Positions 1 to 8,863 are shown, counted from the first letter of the stretch. The stretch is DNA of 27,474 nt from Nanobdellota archaeon (GCA_038044925.1 JBBSZC010000007.1:1-27474), one strand, 5' to 3'. Notes: generated by a model from the sequence alone, not told the origin. Numbers and translations: made by a program.

Positions 1-2
1 CA

Positions 3-515
3 GGAAGAAGAGGAATTGAACAAGGAACAAAAGTTACTGAAAGAGTTTTGAATCAATTGCTCGCTGAAATGGATGGTTTGGAAGATTTGAAAGATGTAAT
101 TATTGTTGCTGCAACTAACAGGCCCGATATGTTGGATCCTGCATTGTTAAGACCAGGAAGATTTGATAGAATTTTATTAGTGAATGCTCCTGAAGAAGAA
201 GGAAGATTGAATATTCTTAAGATTCATACTATTAAAATGCCTCTTGCAAAAGATGTTAATTTGAATTCTTTAGCTAAAAAAACAATTGGTTATACTGGAG
301 CAGATATTGAGGCTCTTGTTAGGGAAGCAGGTTTGATTGCTTTGAGAGAATCTATTGAAGCCAAAGAAGTTAATAAAGAACATTTTGAAGAAGCTTTGAA
401 AAGAGTAAAACCAAGTGTTAGTGATAATACAATAAAAGTATATAAGAAAATTGAAGAACAATATTTGAAATCAGCAAAGGCAGCTATTCCTCAAGAGAGC
501 AGTTATTTAGGGTAA
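3..515 (+). CDS. cdc48: CDC48/VCP-type AAA+ ATPase, C-terminal part of the D2 domain (5-prime end outside window)
   Basis: The frame is open from base 3 (GRRGIEQGTKVTERVLNQLLAEMDG...), so the TTG at 48 in the ORF track is internal. Motifs ATNRPDMLDPALLRPGRFDR and YTGADIEALVREAGLIALRE match archaeal CDC48/VAT D2. TAA stop at 513-515. Confidence 0.85.
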   Translation, partial: GRRGIEQGTKVTERVLNQLLAEMDGLEDLKDVIIVAATNRPDMLDPALLRPGRFDRILLVNAPEEEGRLNILKIHTIKMPLAKDVNLNSLAKKTIGYTGADIEALVREAGLIALRESIEAKEVNKEHFEEALKRVKPSVSDNTIKVYKKIEEQYLKSAKAAIPQESSYLG

Positions 516-685
516 AAGTTGTTGATAATATTTTTCTAAGAGTAATAATCCTTAAAAATGTATTAACTTTTTCAATTTATGCTGTTGTTGAAGTTATTGA
601 TGAGGCTAATGCTTTACATAATTCTCATTTTGCAAAAGATATTATTGATTGGAAGAAAATGAGAGGAAAATAGATTCAGTTTAAT

Positions 686-1579
686 TTATTGTGTTGTTAT
701 TATTTTTTTATCTTTTGTAATTAGAACAGTGTGCTCTGCCTGACTTATTTTTTGTCCTGTTGATTCTATTAGTTGCGGGAATTGTTTTATTATTTCTTGT
801 TCTTCCAGCTGTTTCAAACCTATTAGTGCTTTTGTTCCTATTTGGTTTACGAGCCATCTAGAGCAAAATGGAAGAGTTTTATAATCTTTTTTTATAATTT
901 CTAAAACTTCTCTTGCTATTGAACTTCTTGTAGTTTTTTCATTAATTAGTTCGTAAATTCCTGATGGTTTTCCATCATAAACTTTTCCTGATGCAGAATT
1001 TAAAGTTACAAATGGCTCTATTGCATAAAGCCCTTCTTTTATTTTTGTATTTGTTTTATCATCAATATTTGGAATATTTATTCCTGAATGCAGTTTGTAT
1101 TCTTCCATTGAATGTCCTGATAGATTTGTTATTGGACTGAAGTCTTTAGATTCTATTGTTTTTTGTATAGATTCTCCTATTTTACTTGTTTGAGAATTTT
1201 TTTGAATGGTTTTTGTCCCTTCATTAACAGCGTGTTCGGCTGCTTTTATCAAATCTTTATTTTCTTGGCTGTTTTCTAAATCTAAAGAAAAAGCAGTGTC
1301 TGAGATATATCCCCCTATTTGAACACCAAGATCTACTTTTAATAACCCACTTGCTAGGTTTTCATCATTATAGGTAGGAGTATAGTGAGCAGCAATTTCA
1401 TTAATGCTTAAATTTACAGGGAAAGCGGGTTTTCCTTTGAGTTCTCTTATTTTATTTTCTATTATTTGTGCTATTTCTAATAGGGGCATTCCTGCTTTTA
1501 TTATTGTTTTTGCAAAGTTTCTTACATCTGAAGCTATTTTTCCCGCTTCAATTATCTTTTCAATTTCTTTTTCATTCAT
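686..1579 (-). CDS. map: Methionine aminopeptidase, type 2 (archaeal/eukaryotic type)
   Basis: 297 aa with pita-bread-fold metal-ligand blocks: AAHYTP, DLGVQIGGYISDTAFS, SGHSMEEYKLHSG, YAIEPFVT, AEHTVLIT. Length and the inserted helical subdomain are typical of archaeal MetAP2. Confidence 0.9.
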   Translation of the reverse strand: MNEKEIEKIIEAGKIASDVRNFAKTIIKAGMPLLEIAQIIENKIRELKGKPAFPVNLSINEIAAHYTPTYNDENLASGLLKVDLGVQIGGYISDTAFSLDLENSQENKDLIKAAEHAVNEGTKTIQKNSQTSKIGESIQKTIESKDFSPITNLSGHSMEEYKLHSGINIPNIDDKTNTKIKEGLYAIEPFVTLNSASGKVYDGKPSGIYELINEKTTRSSIAREVLEIIKKDYKTLPFCSRWLVNQIGTKALIGLKQLEEQEIIKQFPQLIESTGQKISQAEHTVLITKDKKIITTQ

Positions 1580-1711
1580 TTTTGTTTTATATTCTTTTAT
1601 TCAAAAATGGATGATTAGAAATTTTCTTAATTTCTTTTCCATTTATGTTTTTTTAAGAAATATTTAGTTATTAAGGTTTGTGATTTTAGAGAGGATATAA
1701 TTTTAATTGTT

Positions 1712-2233
1712 CTATTGTGTTTTTAATCTTCTTCCCTTTGGAATAAAGTTAGTTATCTTTTTCTCTGATGCTTTTCCACAACCTAAAAAATCTCCTTTGT
1801 AAGACATAACTACAAAGCCCTTAGGCTTTTGCTGATTAATCATCCCACCAACCCGACCACTTTCCCCCCCTTTCATTATTGAATTATCATCCTCATCCAA
1901 CAAAATTTCGCTTCCTCTCATCCATTCTTTTAACTGTTCCCTGTTAATTTCAAAGATGTTTTTGATTATTTGGTCTTTCAAAAGAATAGCCCCTTCAATT
2001 GTTAATCTTATATTCTCTTCTTGTTCTTTTGCAATGTATAATCCAATTCCTTCTAAATGTATCCTGTTTGATATTTCTAAAAGCTCTTTTTCACTCAAAG
2101 TTCCTGTATAGAGAAATATTTTTTCTTTTCCTGTTTTTATTAAATTTCCTTGAATTTCTTTTACACCAAACTGCTGATTTAGGTTTTTTATTACTTCTTG
2201 TTTTCGCCTTTGATTTAGGATTTGAATTGTCAT
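1712..2233 (-). CDS. Stand-alone RsmF-type C-terminal module (pre-PUA plus PUA-like RNA-binding domain)
   Basis: The C-terminus (INREQLKEWMRGSEILLDE...KGFVVMSYKGDFLGCGKASEKKITNFIPKGRRL) matches the PUA-like tail of RsmF/NSUN-type methyltransferases (pattern GwvlvxyxGxpLGxGKxxxxxxKNxxPKGxR). Its ATG overlaps the upstream methyltransferase stop (ATGA at 2230-2233). Confidence 0.6.
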   Translation of the reverse strand: MTIQILNQRRKQEVIKNLNQQFGVKEIQGNLIKTGKEKIFLYTGTLSEKELLEISNRIHLEGIGLYIAKEQEENIRLTIEGAILLKDQIIKNIFEINREQLKEWMRGSEILLDEDDNSIMKGGESGRVGGMINQQKPKGFVVMSYKGDFLGCGKASEKKITNFIPKGRRLKTQ

Positions 2234-3375
2234 TTTATCTTTTTAAATTTAGCAATGAAAAATCCTTCAGTATTATTATCTTGAGGATAAATTCTTACCG
2301 AATATTTAACTTTTTCAGAATAGATTTTATCTTTCCAGTTTGTTATACCTAACCTTGTTTTAAGTTCTTTTGGAAGATAGAGTTTTTGAATTTCCATTTC
2401 TGGAAAGTTTTTGATTATAAAATCTACAACTTCTTCATTTTCTTCAGGCGCATGAGTGCATGTTGAATAAATTAATTCCCCATTTTTTTTGAGAATAGAA
2501 ATTGCACTTTCAACGAGTCTTTTTTGCATTCTAGATAAAGTTGATATTGTCTTTATATTCCACATTTTATAAGTTTTAAAGCTTGAACGCAGAGTTCCTT
2601 CTCCTGAACAAGGAGCATCAACAAGAATTTTATCAAATTCCATTTTTTTTGATAGTTTTAAAAGTTCTTTACAGAGCATTGAGCCGTCTTTTTTTGTCAG
2701 TATTGCATTTGAAACTCCGCACCTCTGTAAGTTAGAAGCAAGAATAATTATTCTGTCTAGCTTTGCATCATTTGCTATTATTAGCCCTTGATTTTTCATT
2801 TTTGCTGCAGCTTGTGTTGTTTTGCTTCCTGGAGAGGCGCATAAATCTAAAAAAATTTCATTTGGTTTTGGATTTAGGGCGAGAATTGGAAGCATAGAAA
2901 CAATCTCCTGAACATAATAATATCCTAGCTGATGTTCAAGGGAGTTTCCGAGTTCTCCTGGCTCGAGAGATATAAATTTTTTATTAATTTTATCCCTGCC
3001 ACCATCCCCCAACCACCCACCCTCAGATGAGTTATTAATTATTGACTTATCATTTTTAGTTTTATTATTAATTATATTTAATCTATCTATTGATTGATTG
3101 CTATTTTTATTATTATATAAATTATCATTACTATTGTTAATAAATTTTCCTTCAATTATCATGATTTCTTCATGCTCTTTAAATGGCTGTGAAATTTTCC
3201 ATGATTTTTCTTCAAGTCTTTTTTTTAATTCTTCTGGAGAAATTTTTAAAGTGTTGCAACGGATATAGTTTTTAACAGGCTTTTTTAATATTTTAAGATA
3301 TCTTTCATATTCTTCTGTTTCAAGAAGTTTTTTCATGCGTTCTTCAAAAAGAGGCTTTAAATTAATTTTTTGCAT
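2230..3375 (-). CDS. NOL1/NOP2/Sun (RsmB/RsmF) family RNA cytosine-C5 methyltransferase catalytic domain, with an Asn-rich low-complexity insertion
   Basis: SAM-binding motif DLCASPGSKTTQ and the two catalytic-Cys motifs DAPCSGEGT and YSTCT. The terminal EGFFIAKFKK is typical of the family. An N-rich insert (NNSNDNLYNNKNSNQSIDRLNIINNKTKNDKSIINNSSEGGWLGDGG) lies in the N-terminal domain. Confidence 0.88.
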   Translation of the reverse strand: MQKINLKPLFEERMKKLLETEEYERYLKILKKPVKNYIRCNTLKISPEELKKRLEEKSWKISQPFKEHEEIMIIEGKFINNSNDNLYNNKNSNQSIDRLNIINNKTKNDKSIINNSSEGGWLGDGGRDKINKKFISLEPGELGNSLEHQLGYYYVQEIVSMLPILALNPKPNEIFLDLCASPGSKTTQAAAKMKNQGLIIANDAKLDRIIILASNLQRCGVSNAILTKKDGSMLCKELLKLSKKMEFDKILVDAPCSGEGTLRSSFKTYKMWNIKTISTLSRMQKRLVESAISILKKNGELIYSTCTHAPEENEEVVDFIIKNFPEMEIQKLYLPKELKTRLGITNWKDKIYSEKVKYSVRIYPQDNNTEGFFIAKFKKIK

Positions 3376-3567
3376 AACATTATTAAGAACTAATTGTTTA
3401 AGAAATTATAGTTTTTATCTTTTTAGAATTATTTTTTATATGAAAATGATAACATAAGATCCTTATAGATCCTATGGGGTTAATTAATAATTATAGTTAT
3501 TTGGTTATTATAAACTTTTTGATTAGTTTAATTTTATATTAATTATATATTCTAAAGTATAGTTTAG

Positions 3568-3575
3568 TTTATAAA
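3568..3575 (+). promoter_or_regulatory. TATA-box-like element (TTTATAAA) about 26 nt upstream of the ATG at 3597
   Basis: The position relative to the ATG fits an archaeal TATA/BRE promoter driving a leaderless or near-leaderless mRNA. No SD-like sequence lies before the ATG. Confidence 0.4.
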
Positions 3576-3596
3576 TCATATAACTTGGGTTTTATT

Positions 3597-3863
3597 ATGA
3601 AATATAAACCAGGAGATATTTTATTTTATAAAGATGAAGGCGGAGATCCGTGGCTTGTGAAAGTAGCTCATAGATTTATAGGATGGTATGAAGGAGATAT
3701 TAACCCAGATATTTTTCCACATAAATATTATGATGTTCAAGCAACTAAATTAGAAGAAGACCGGGGTTTTTTAGCTATAAACAGAAAAATAACTAAAGAG
3801 TTTGCATGGGTTAGAGAAAATTGTTTATCTAAGCTAAATACAAATTTAGCAAAATTGATTTAA
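3597..3863 (+). CDS. Hypothetical small protein (88 aa from ATG; the ORF track starts at TTG 3585)
   Basis: Open frame with non-low-complexity sequence (MKYKPGDILFYKDEGGDPWLVKVAHRFIGWYEG...) and a TATA-like box upstream. No family recognised. Confidence 0.5.
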   Translation: MKYKPGDILFYKDEGGDPWLVKVAHRFIGWYEGDINPDIFPHKYYDVQATKLEEDRGFLAINRKITKEFAWVRENCLSKLNTNLAKLI

Positions 3864-3883
3864 TTGAGATTTAATTAAAAACA

Positions 3884-5980
3884 TCAGCAATTTCTTCCCA
3901 TTATCATTGAATAAGGTGTTCTTAAAAGAGTAACTAAATCTTCTGGAAGCATGAACTTTTCGTGGAACTTTCTATGATAGTCTAAAGCACATTCTGTTTC
4001 ACTTGGGCATTTATCTGTTCCTCTATAAGCTTGAAACCTAGTAGTTACACCAGCTGTACCATCCATAAATATGTTCTGGAATTCAACAGGAAGCGCGTCA
4101 ATAGCTTTTTGATGTTGGGGTCTTTGGCCACCTACCATCCACATATCCCCTTTTAATACATTTATAATTTGAGTTAATTCATCTAAAGAGAATTTTCTAA
4201 TAATTTTTCCAACTCTTGTTATTCTTGGGTCATTTGGGTTTTTGTAATTTGCCCCTGGATTTACAAAACCTTGTTTACGAGTTTCTTCAAATTGTTTATG
4301 TGCATTCTGGTTCATTGATCTAAACTTGCGCATTGTTGTTTCTTTATGATTAACTATTACTTTTTGTTTATAAAATACAGGTGCTTTTAATCCGGATTTA
4401 AGCGCTTTTATTGGGCCTAAATGTAGATTATCATATACTTCTTCTGCTTTTATTGCAGTGCCAATTCCAAGAGTCAATAAAGCTAAACTAGGCACCCATA
4501 GTGGTGATGTAGCAGTTAAAACAGAAAGATCAAATGCACGTTTAGTATAACGGTTTATATCAACAATATGCCCTTTATACCAATCTCTTATTTCTTGAGT
4601 GAGAAGAGAATAGGCTTGATTATTATTTTTTTCTTTTTCTTGAATAATCTCGTCTAATTCATTTACTAAAGCATCTTGGGTTAATGATTCTGAGTTGTTT
4701 TTGTTTGCTCTTACTAATAATTCTCTAATCGCTTCAAGATGGGGATTTTGAATTTGAACAGAATTTTCATCTTCTTTCTCTTTGCGAATACTGGCTGCAA
4801 AATCCTGAATTTGAGATGTACTTATTACATAATCTTCTAATCTTAATCTTTTTGGTTTACTTTTTAATCTTCTGTAATTATTTTTTAAAGAACTTACAGT
4901 CCTTTTAAACCAACCAGGTGCGTTGATTTTTGATTTCTCCTGTGAGGGGGTTATAACAGATGCAGGTTGTTCATGAATATTAGACATTTCTTCTAAATCT
5001 TTGTAATTAGAAATAACCGTTCTTCTTTTTTCTAATTCTGACAGGAAAGGAGAATATTCAAATTGTAAGTTTGCAGGCAGTTCTTTTGCAACTTCCTCCT
5101 GCAATTTTGTATTATAATCTGTTTTATTTAAGTAATTAAGGAGATTTTTTATTTCAACAGGCTTAAGTCCGGTGTTTATTCTATTCCAGTGTTCAGTGAA
5201 AGCAGAGAAGTCAGATGCTTCCTCTAAATTTAAATATCTTCCATTTTTATTAAAAAATTCTTTTTCCCATCTTAATTCTTCAGCTACTAATGCAATTCCT
5301 TCGCTATAATCTAGTTTTTTTGATAAAAGTTCTATTGGTCTGTAATCTTGAGCTTGGTTTAATGAACTTTCTAAAGAAGAATCTATGTATTCTTCTGGTT
5401 TAGTATTAATTGTTTCTTTTGATTCAGTATTAATTGTTGTTGAATAAGGAACTGTGATATATGAATCTAAAATTTCTGTTGGTGTTTTTCTTGTTCTTGG
5501 CTGCCTTTTTTTAAGTTCAGGATCTATGTCAGAATCAATTAATCTATTAATCATCCTGTAAAAAGTTGAACTGCTTACGCCTTTATTCTCAATAATTTTT
5601 TTAACAGGTGTTTTTGTTGTTTTATAAAGATAAACCATTTCTCTTATGTCATCATAACTTAATTTGGTATATGACTCTTTTTTTTGTGTTGCATATCCTG
5701 TTTCATATTTAGACATGTTTCTAAGAGAGTTGTCAACAAGGATTCTATTAGGGTTATAAGAATGCCAAGGTTTAGCTGAATCTTGCGGGAAATCAATAAT
5801 TTGTGTTTCTAATCTTCTTGTTTCTAGGGGAATATTAGCGCTTTCACTTTCTGTATAAATCTCATTAAATTCAGATGAAAAAGGATCAACTATTTCTGCT
5901 AAACCTCTTGATGGATAAGCTAATTCTGTTCTGCTTGCAACAAGGCATCTTCTTGAATTTTTTTCTGTATTTTTTATCAT
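3884..5980 (-). CDS. Monotopic phosphoglycosyl transferase (bacterial sugar transferase, WbaP/PglC type) fused to a ~475-aa N-terminal extension with an HTH
   Basis: The C-terminal ~220 aa carry the family hallmarks. These are a re-entrant helix with Ser-Pro (FDLSVLTATSPLWVPSLALLTLGIG), KFRSM, DPRITRVGKIIRKFSLDELTQIINVLKGDMWMVGG (Asp-Glu dyad), and a distal LDYHRKF...LLRTPYSMI block. The N-terminal part has an HTH-like segment (LSYDDIREMVYLYKTTKTPVKKIIENKGVSSSTFYRMINRL, about nt 5540-5662). Confidence 0.8.
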   Translation of the reverse strand: MIKNTEKNSRRCLVASRTELAYPSRGLAEIVDPFSSEFNEIYTESESANIPLETRRLETQIIDFPQDSAKPWHSYNPNRILVDNSLRNMSKYETGYATQKKESYTKLSYDDIREMVYLYKTTKTPVKKIIENKGVSSSTFYRMINRLIDSDIDPELKKRQPRTRKTPTEILDSYITVPYSTTINTESKETINTKPEEYIDSSLESSLNQAQDYRPIELLSKKLDYSEGIALVAEELRWEKEFFNKNGRYLNLEEASDFSAFTEHWNRINTGLKPVEIKNLLNYLNKTDYNTKLQEEVAKELPANLQFEYSPFLSELEKRRTVISNYKDLEEMSNIHEQPASVITPSQEKSKINAPGWFKRTVSSLKNNYRRLKSKPKRLRLEDYVISTSQIQDFAASIRKEKEDENSVQIQNPHLEAIRELLVRANKNNSESLTQDALVNELDEIIQEKEKNNNQAYSLLTQEIRDWYKGHIVDINRYTKRAFDLSVLTATSPLWVPSLALLTLGIGTAIKAEEVYDNLHLGPIKALKSGLKAPVFYKQKVIVNHKETTMRKFRSMNQNAHKQFEETRKQGFVNPGANYKNPNDPRITRVGKIIRKFSLDELTQIINVLKGDMWMVGGQRPQHQKAIDALPVEFQNIFMDGTAGVTTRFQAYRGTDKCPSETECALDYHRKFHEKFMLPEDLVTLLRTPYSMIMGRNC

Positions 5981-6026
5981 TTTTCTTTATTTTTATTAGA
6001 TTATAGCTAATTTATAGTCACTTAAT

Positions 6027-6036
6027 AGTAGCTACT
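6027..6036. promoter_or_regulatory. Perfect 10-bp palindrome AGTAGCTACT between two TATA-like elements upstream of the PGT-fusion gene (candidate operator)
   Basis: The palindrome is read directly from the sequence. Half-site AGTAGC recurs at 6065-6070 and its complement GCTACT at 6197-6202. It sits between TTTATAGT (6011-6018) and TTTATAAA (6040-6047). Confidence 0.3.
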
Positions 6037-6069
6037 TAGTTTATAAATTTAATGTTTTTAAGATAGTAG

Positions 6070-6123
6070 CAGAATTAAGTTGTGGGACGATACATGCTTT
6101 TTTGGCAGTGTATGTCTTTTTTT
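6070..6123 (+). ncRNA. Candidate short RNA: TATA box (6040-6047), then an imperfect hairpin (6086-6116), then a T7 run (6117-6123)
   Basis: Stem GAC(G)ATACATGC / GCA(G)TGTATGTC has 11 bp with two single-nt bulges and a U-rich loop, and is followed immediately by TTTTTTT. No plus-strand CDS is nearby that it could terminate. Confidence 0.25.
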
Positions 6124-6319
6124 ACTTCATTTAATTAAATTTTGCTGATAAAACTGATAAGAAAGTAAGACTTTTAATTTAATTGAGAAGAACTCTGCTA
6201 CTCCTTCTACTAAATGGGTTTAATTTTGGCATTTATAAATTTTTCTGTATGACAGTTCTTTACCCGATTAATTTTTACTCTCACTTCTCTTGATTTTAAA
6301 TTTTTTATAAAACATTGTG

Positions 6320-8863
6320 TTAGAATTCACAGAGCTTCTTTTGGTTTTTGCAATTGGCAATTTCCTTTATGTCAATATTGAAAACTTGAAAGATATTTTC
6401 AACAGCAGGAAGAATTTGATGATTTAGATAATATTCAATGTCATACTCCCCCTTTTCATCAGGAAGTTTAACTTTTTCTCTGATTAATTGTTTTTTTCCT
6501 GGTTTTCCTGTCTTTGTCTCTGAGATGTAATATTCAATTAAAGCTCCAGGATCTATTGGCATTTCTTTTCCAAGCATTTTTTTTGCAGCAATTACATGCG
6601 GAGAAATTGCCTTGTATTCTGAAATGGGTTTTTTTAACTGAGTTTTTATTATTAGTTGTTTTATATCTATTTCCCTTTTTTTTATTTTTTTAATAACTTC
6701 TTTTATACTAACCATTGCTCTTTTTTCATTTCCATCTTCAAGAACTTCTTTTATAACTTTATTCTGCAGAGTTCTTGCAAGTTTACACCAATCTCTTCTA
6801 ACTGTTTCAAATCCACGGATTTTTAATTTTCCCTCTTCATTAATTAAAGCGTATTTTTTCTTTGCTCCTATATCTCCTGTTCTTTTTGTCACCCATATAC
6901 CTCTTTTAAAAAATCCCTCTAATTCCAGCTCCATTATTCCTGGGAGTTCTGAGTTTAGTTTTTTTAAAAAATCCTTAACTTGAGTTTTTGTTTTATTTTG
7001 TAAAAGAAAGGCTATTGAATCGGTATCTGAATAAATTGTTTTATATCCGGATTTGTCAATTTTTTCTATAGCTTCTTTTATGGATTTTTTAGCGAATGCT
7101 GCTGTTGCAGCAGCAGCTTCTAAGCAATAATATCTAGCTCCAAAAAATCCCTGGTAACCATAAGAGGCATTAGCAAGCAACTTAAAAGCATTACTCTTAG
7201 CCCTTTTCAATACATCTTCTTCTTTTTTTGACTCTAAATTAGAAGATTTTAACTCTTCTTTGTATTGTTTTCTTTTTTTTATTATTTCTTTCAGCATTTC
7301 TGGAAAAAATCCTGGTTTTTTTGAAAAGTGAACTTCTTTATTCAGAGCCTTTATTGAATAGCTGTCTTCTATTTTCTTTTTTTCTTTTTTTATTTCTTCT
7401 TGAGATATAAATGTAGATTTAGATAGATTATAAGTTACAATTACACTTCCATAACTTGAAGTGAAATCAAACAAAGAAATATTTTCATATAAACCGGGTG
7501 TTGGTTCTAGGACAAACGCCCCTTCATACTTTTCTATTTTTCTTCTGCTTCCTATTTCATCATAAGTTGGCCGTCTCTCAGGAATTTCATTGAATTTTTC
7601 CAAATTATGAATTATATAGTCTTCAACATTAGAGGACATGCCGTTTCTAGAGACATTAAAAATTGGCTCCTGCATTATTCTTGTAAATTCTATCAAATCA
7701 GGCCAGAATTTAAAAAATAAGCCATATGTAAGAACAGAATCATGAAGATTATATTCATAATATCTCTCAAGTTCATTCTCATCTAATTTTGAAGAATGTT
7801 TTATTTCAAATTGCTTTTTTCCCTCTCCAAGAAACTCATTTGCAACTTCATTTAATGAGAGAGTTTCTGACTGCATATACTGGGAATAAGCTGTTTTTAT
7901 GAATTTTAATAAATCTATATGAACTATACCTGATATTTTTCCAGTAAGAACAGCTCCCTTGAAGAATCTTGGCTGTGAATCATCTAATCCTAAAGAAAGT
8001 TTAATTTTGTTTTTTTCCGCACGAGTTTTTAGATATGGAAGATCAAAACCATCTGAAAAATATCCCACTAAAAAGTCAGGAGATATTTTTTTTACATATT
8101 CAACAAATTTTTCAAGAAGCTCTTTTTCACTTTCCGCATATTCCACATAATCTAATTTTTTTGTTTTTTCATGTTTTTTGCATGTGATTACTTTTTTGAA
8201 TTTATCTGAAACAAGGGATATCATTATTATTTCTCCTTCCCCTATTCTGAACTCATCTGCTTCTATATCATATGCAAGAACTTTGGGCGTGAAGATAGTC
8301 TTATCTATGTCATTTGAATCTTTTTCATCTTTAAGGGGTTTTGCTGATTCTAATTTAATGCAGAAGTCAATATCTAAAGACTTGTCAATTCCTCCAAATT
8401 CATTCGAATTGTTTAGCATTTCTCCTGAGATTTCATGCCAGTTTAAAGGAATAATATTTTTTTCCAATATATAATGAGTTATGAATCCTAAATCATAGCC
8501 GCGCCTTTTTTCTATGCCTTTTAAATCAAGCCTGTTTGCTATATCATGCAAATCTTTGTAGTTAGTTGCGAATATTTTTATGGCATTTACTTTTTTTCCA
8601 AGAAAATTTTTTTCATGGAGCTCGGTTTTTTCTACTTGAGTTTCACGGCCCTTTATATTTAATTTTATTTTTTGTATTTCTTCTCTAATCTCTTTTACTG
8701 CTTTTTCTGAGAGTTTTTCTTCTAAAATTGCCCATAAATAAATATGACACGTATCAATTACACAGATTCTTTTTCCTTCTTTGTTTCTTCCTATAATTTT
8801 TATATAGTTTCTGCCCTCAAAATCAAAGTAATCGTAGTCTATTGGAATAAATGTGGTTTTCAT
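6320..8863 (-). CDS. polB: Family B DNA polymerase
   Basis: 847 aa. Exo I is LAYDIEADE, Exo II is GYFSDGFDLPYL, and Exo III is YYEYNLHDSVLTY. Pol motif A is DFTSSYGSVI, motif B is KLLANASYGYQG, and motif C is IYSDTDS, followed by KKKYA. A PIP-like C-terminus NQKKLCEF is present. Confidence 0.93.
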   Translation of the reverse strand: MKTTFIPIDYDYFDFEGRNYIKIIGRNKEGKRICVIDTCHIYLWAILEEKLSEKAVKEIREEIQKIKLNIKGRETQVEKTELHEKNFLGKKVNAIKIFATNYKDLHDIANRLDLKGIEKRRGYDLGFITHYILEKNIIPLNWHEISGEMLNNSNEFGGIDKSLDIDFCIKLESAKPLKDEKDSNDIDKTIFTPKVLAYDIEADEFRIGEGEIIMISLVSDKFKKVITCKKHEKTKKLDYVEYAESEKELLEKFVEYVKKISPDFLVGYFSDGFDLPYLKTRAEKNKIKLSLGLDDSQPRFFKGAVLTGKISGIVHIDLLKFIKTAYSQYMQSETLSLNEVANEFLGEGKKQFEIKHSSKLDENELERYYEYNLHDSVLTYGLFFKFWPDLIEFTRIMQEPIFNVSRNGMSSNVEDYIIHNLEKFNEIPERRPTYDEIGSRRKIEKYEGAFVLEPTPGLYENISLFDFTSSYGSVIVTYNLSKSTFISQEEIKKEKKKIEDSYSIKALNKEVHFSKKPGFFPEMLKEIIKKRKQYKEELKSSNLESKKEEDVLKRAKSNAFKLLANASYGYQGFFGARYYCLEAAAATAAFAKKSIKEAIEKIDKSGYKTIYSDTDSIAFLLQNKTKTQVKDFLKKLNSELPGIMELELEGFFKRGIWVTKRTGDIGAKKKYALINEEGKLKIRGFETVRRDWCKLARTLQNKVIKEVLEDGNEKRAMVSIKEVIKKIKKREIDIKQLIIKTQLKKPISEYKAISPHVIAAKKMLGKEMPIDPGALIEYYISETKTGKPGKKQLIREKVKLPDEKGEYDIEYYLNHQILPAVENIFQVFNIDIKEIANCKNQKKLCEF

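Noticed and set aside
547-673. A plus-strand frame reading ...VLTFSIYAVVEVIDEANALHNSHFAKDIIDWKKMRGK between cdc48 and map that looks protein-like.
   Set aside because: It has no in-frame ATG, GTG or TTG start after the preceding stop codons. It is most likely chance or a degraded remnant.
6320-8863. The PolB motif A variant (DFTSSYGSVI instead of DFxSLYPSII) as a sign of an inactive polymerase.
   Set aside because: The catalytic Asp of motif A, the steric-gate Tyr, motif B KxxxNSxYG and motif C YSDTDS are all present, as are the three exonuclease motifs. This is probably just lineage divergence.
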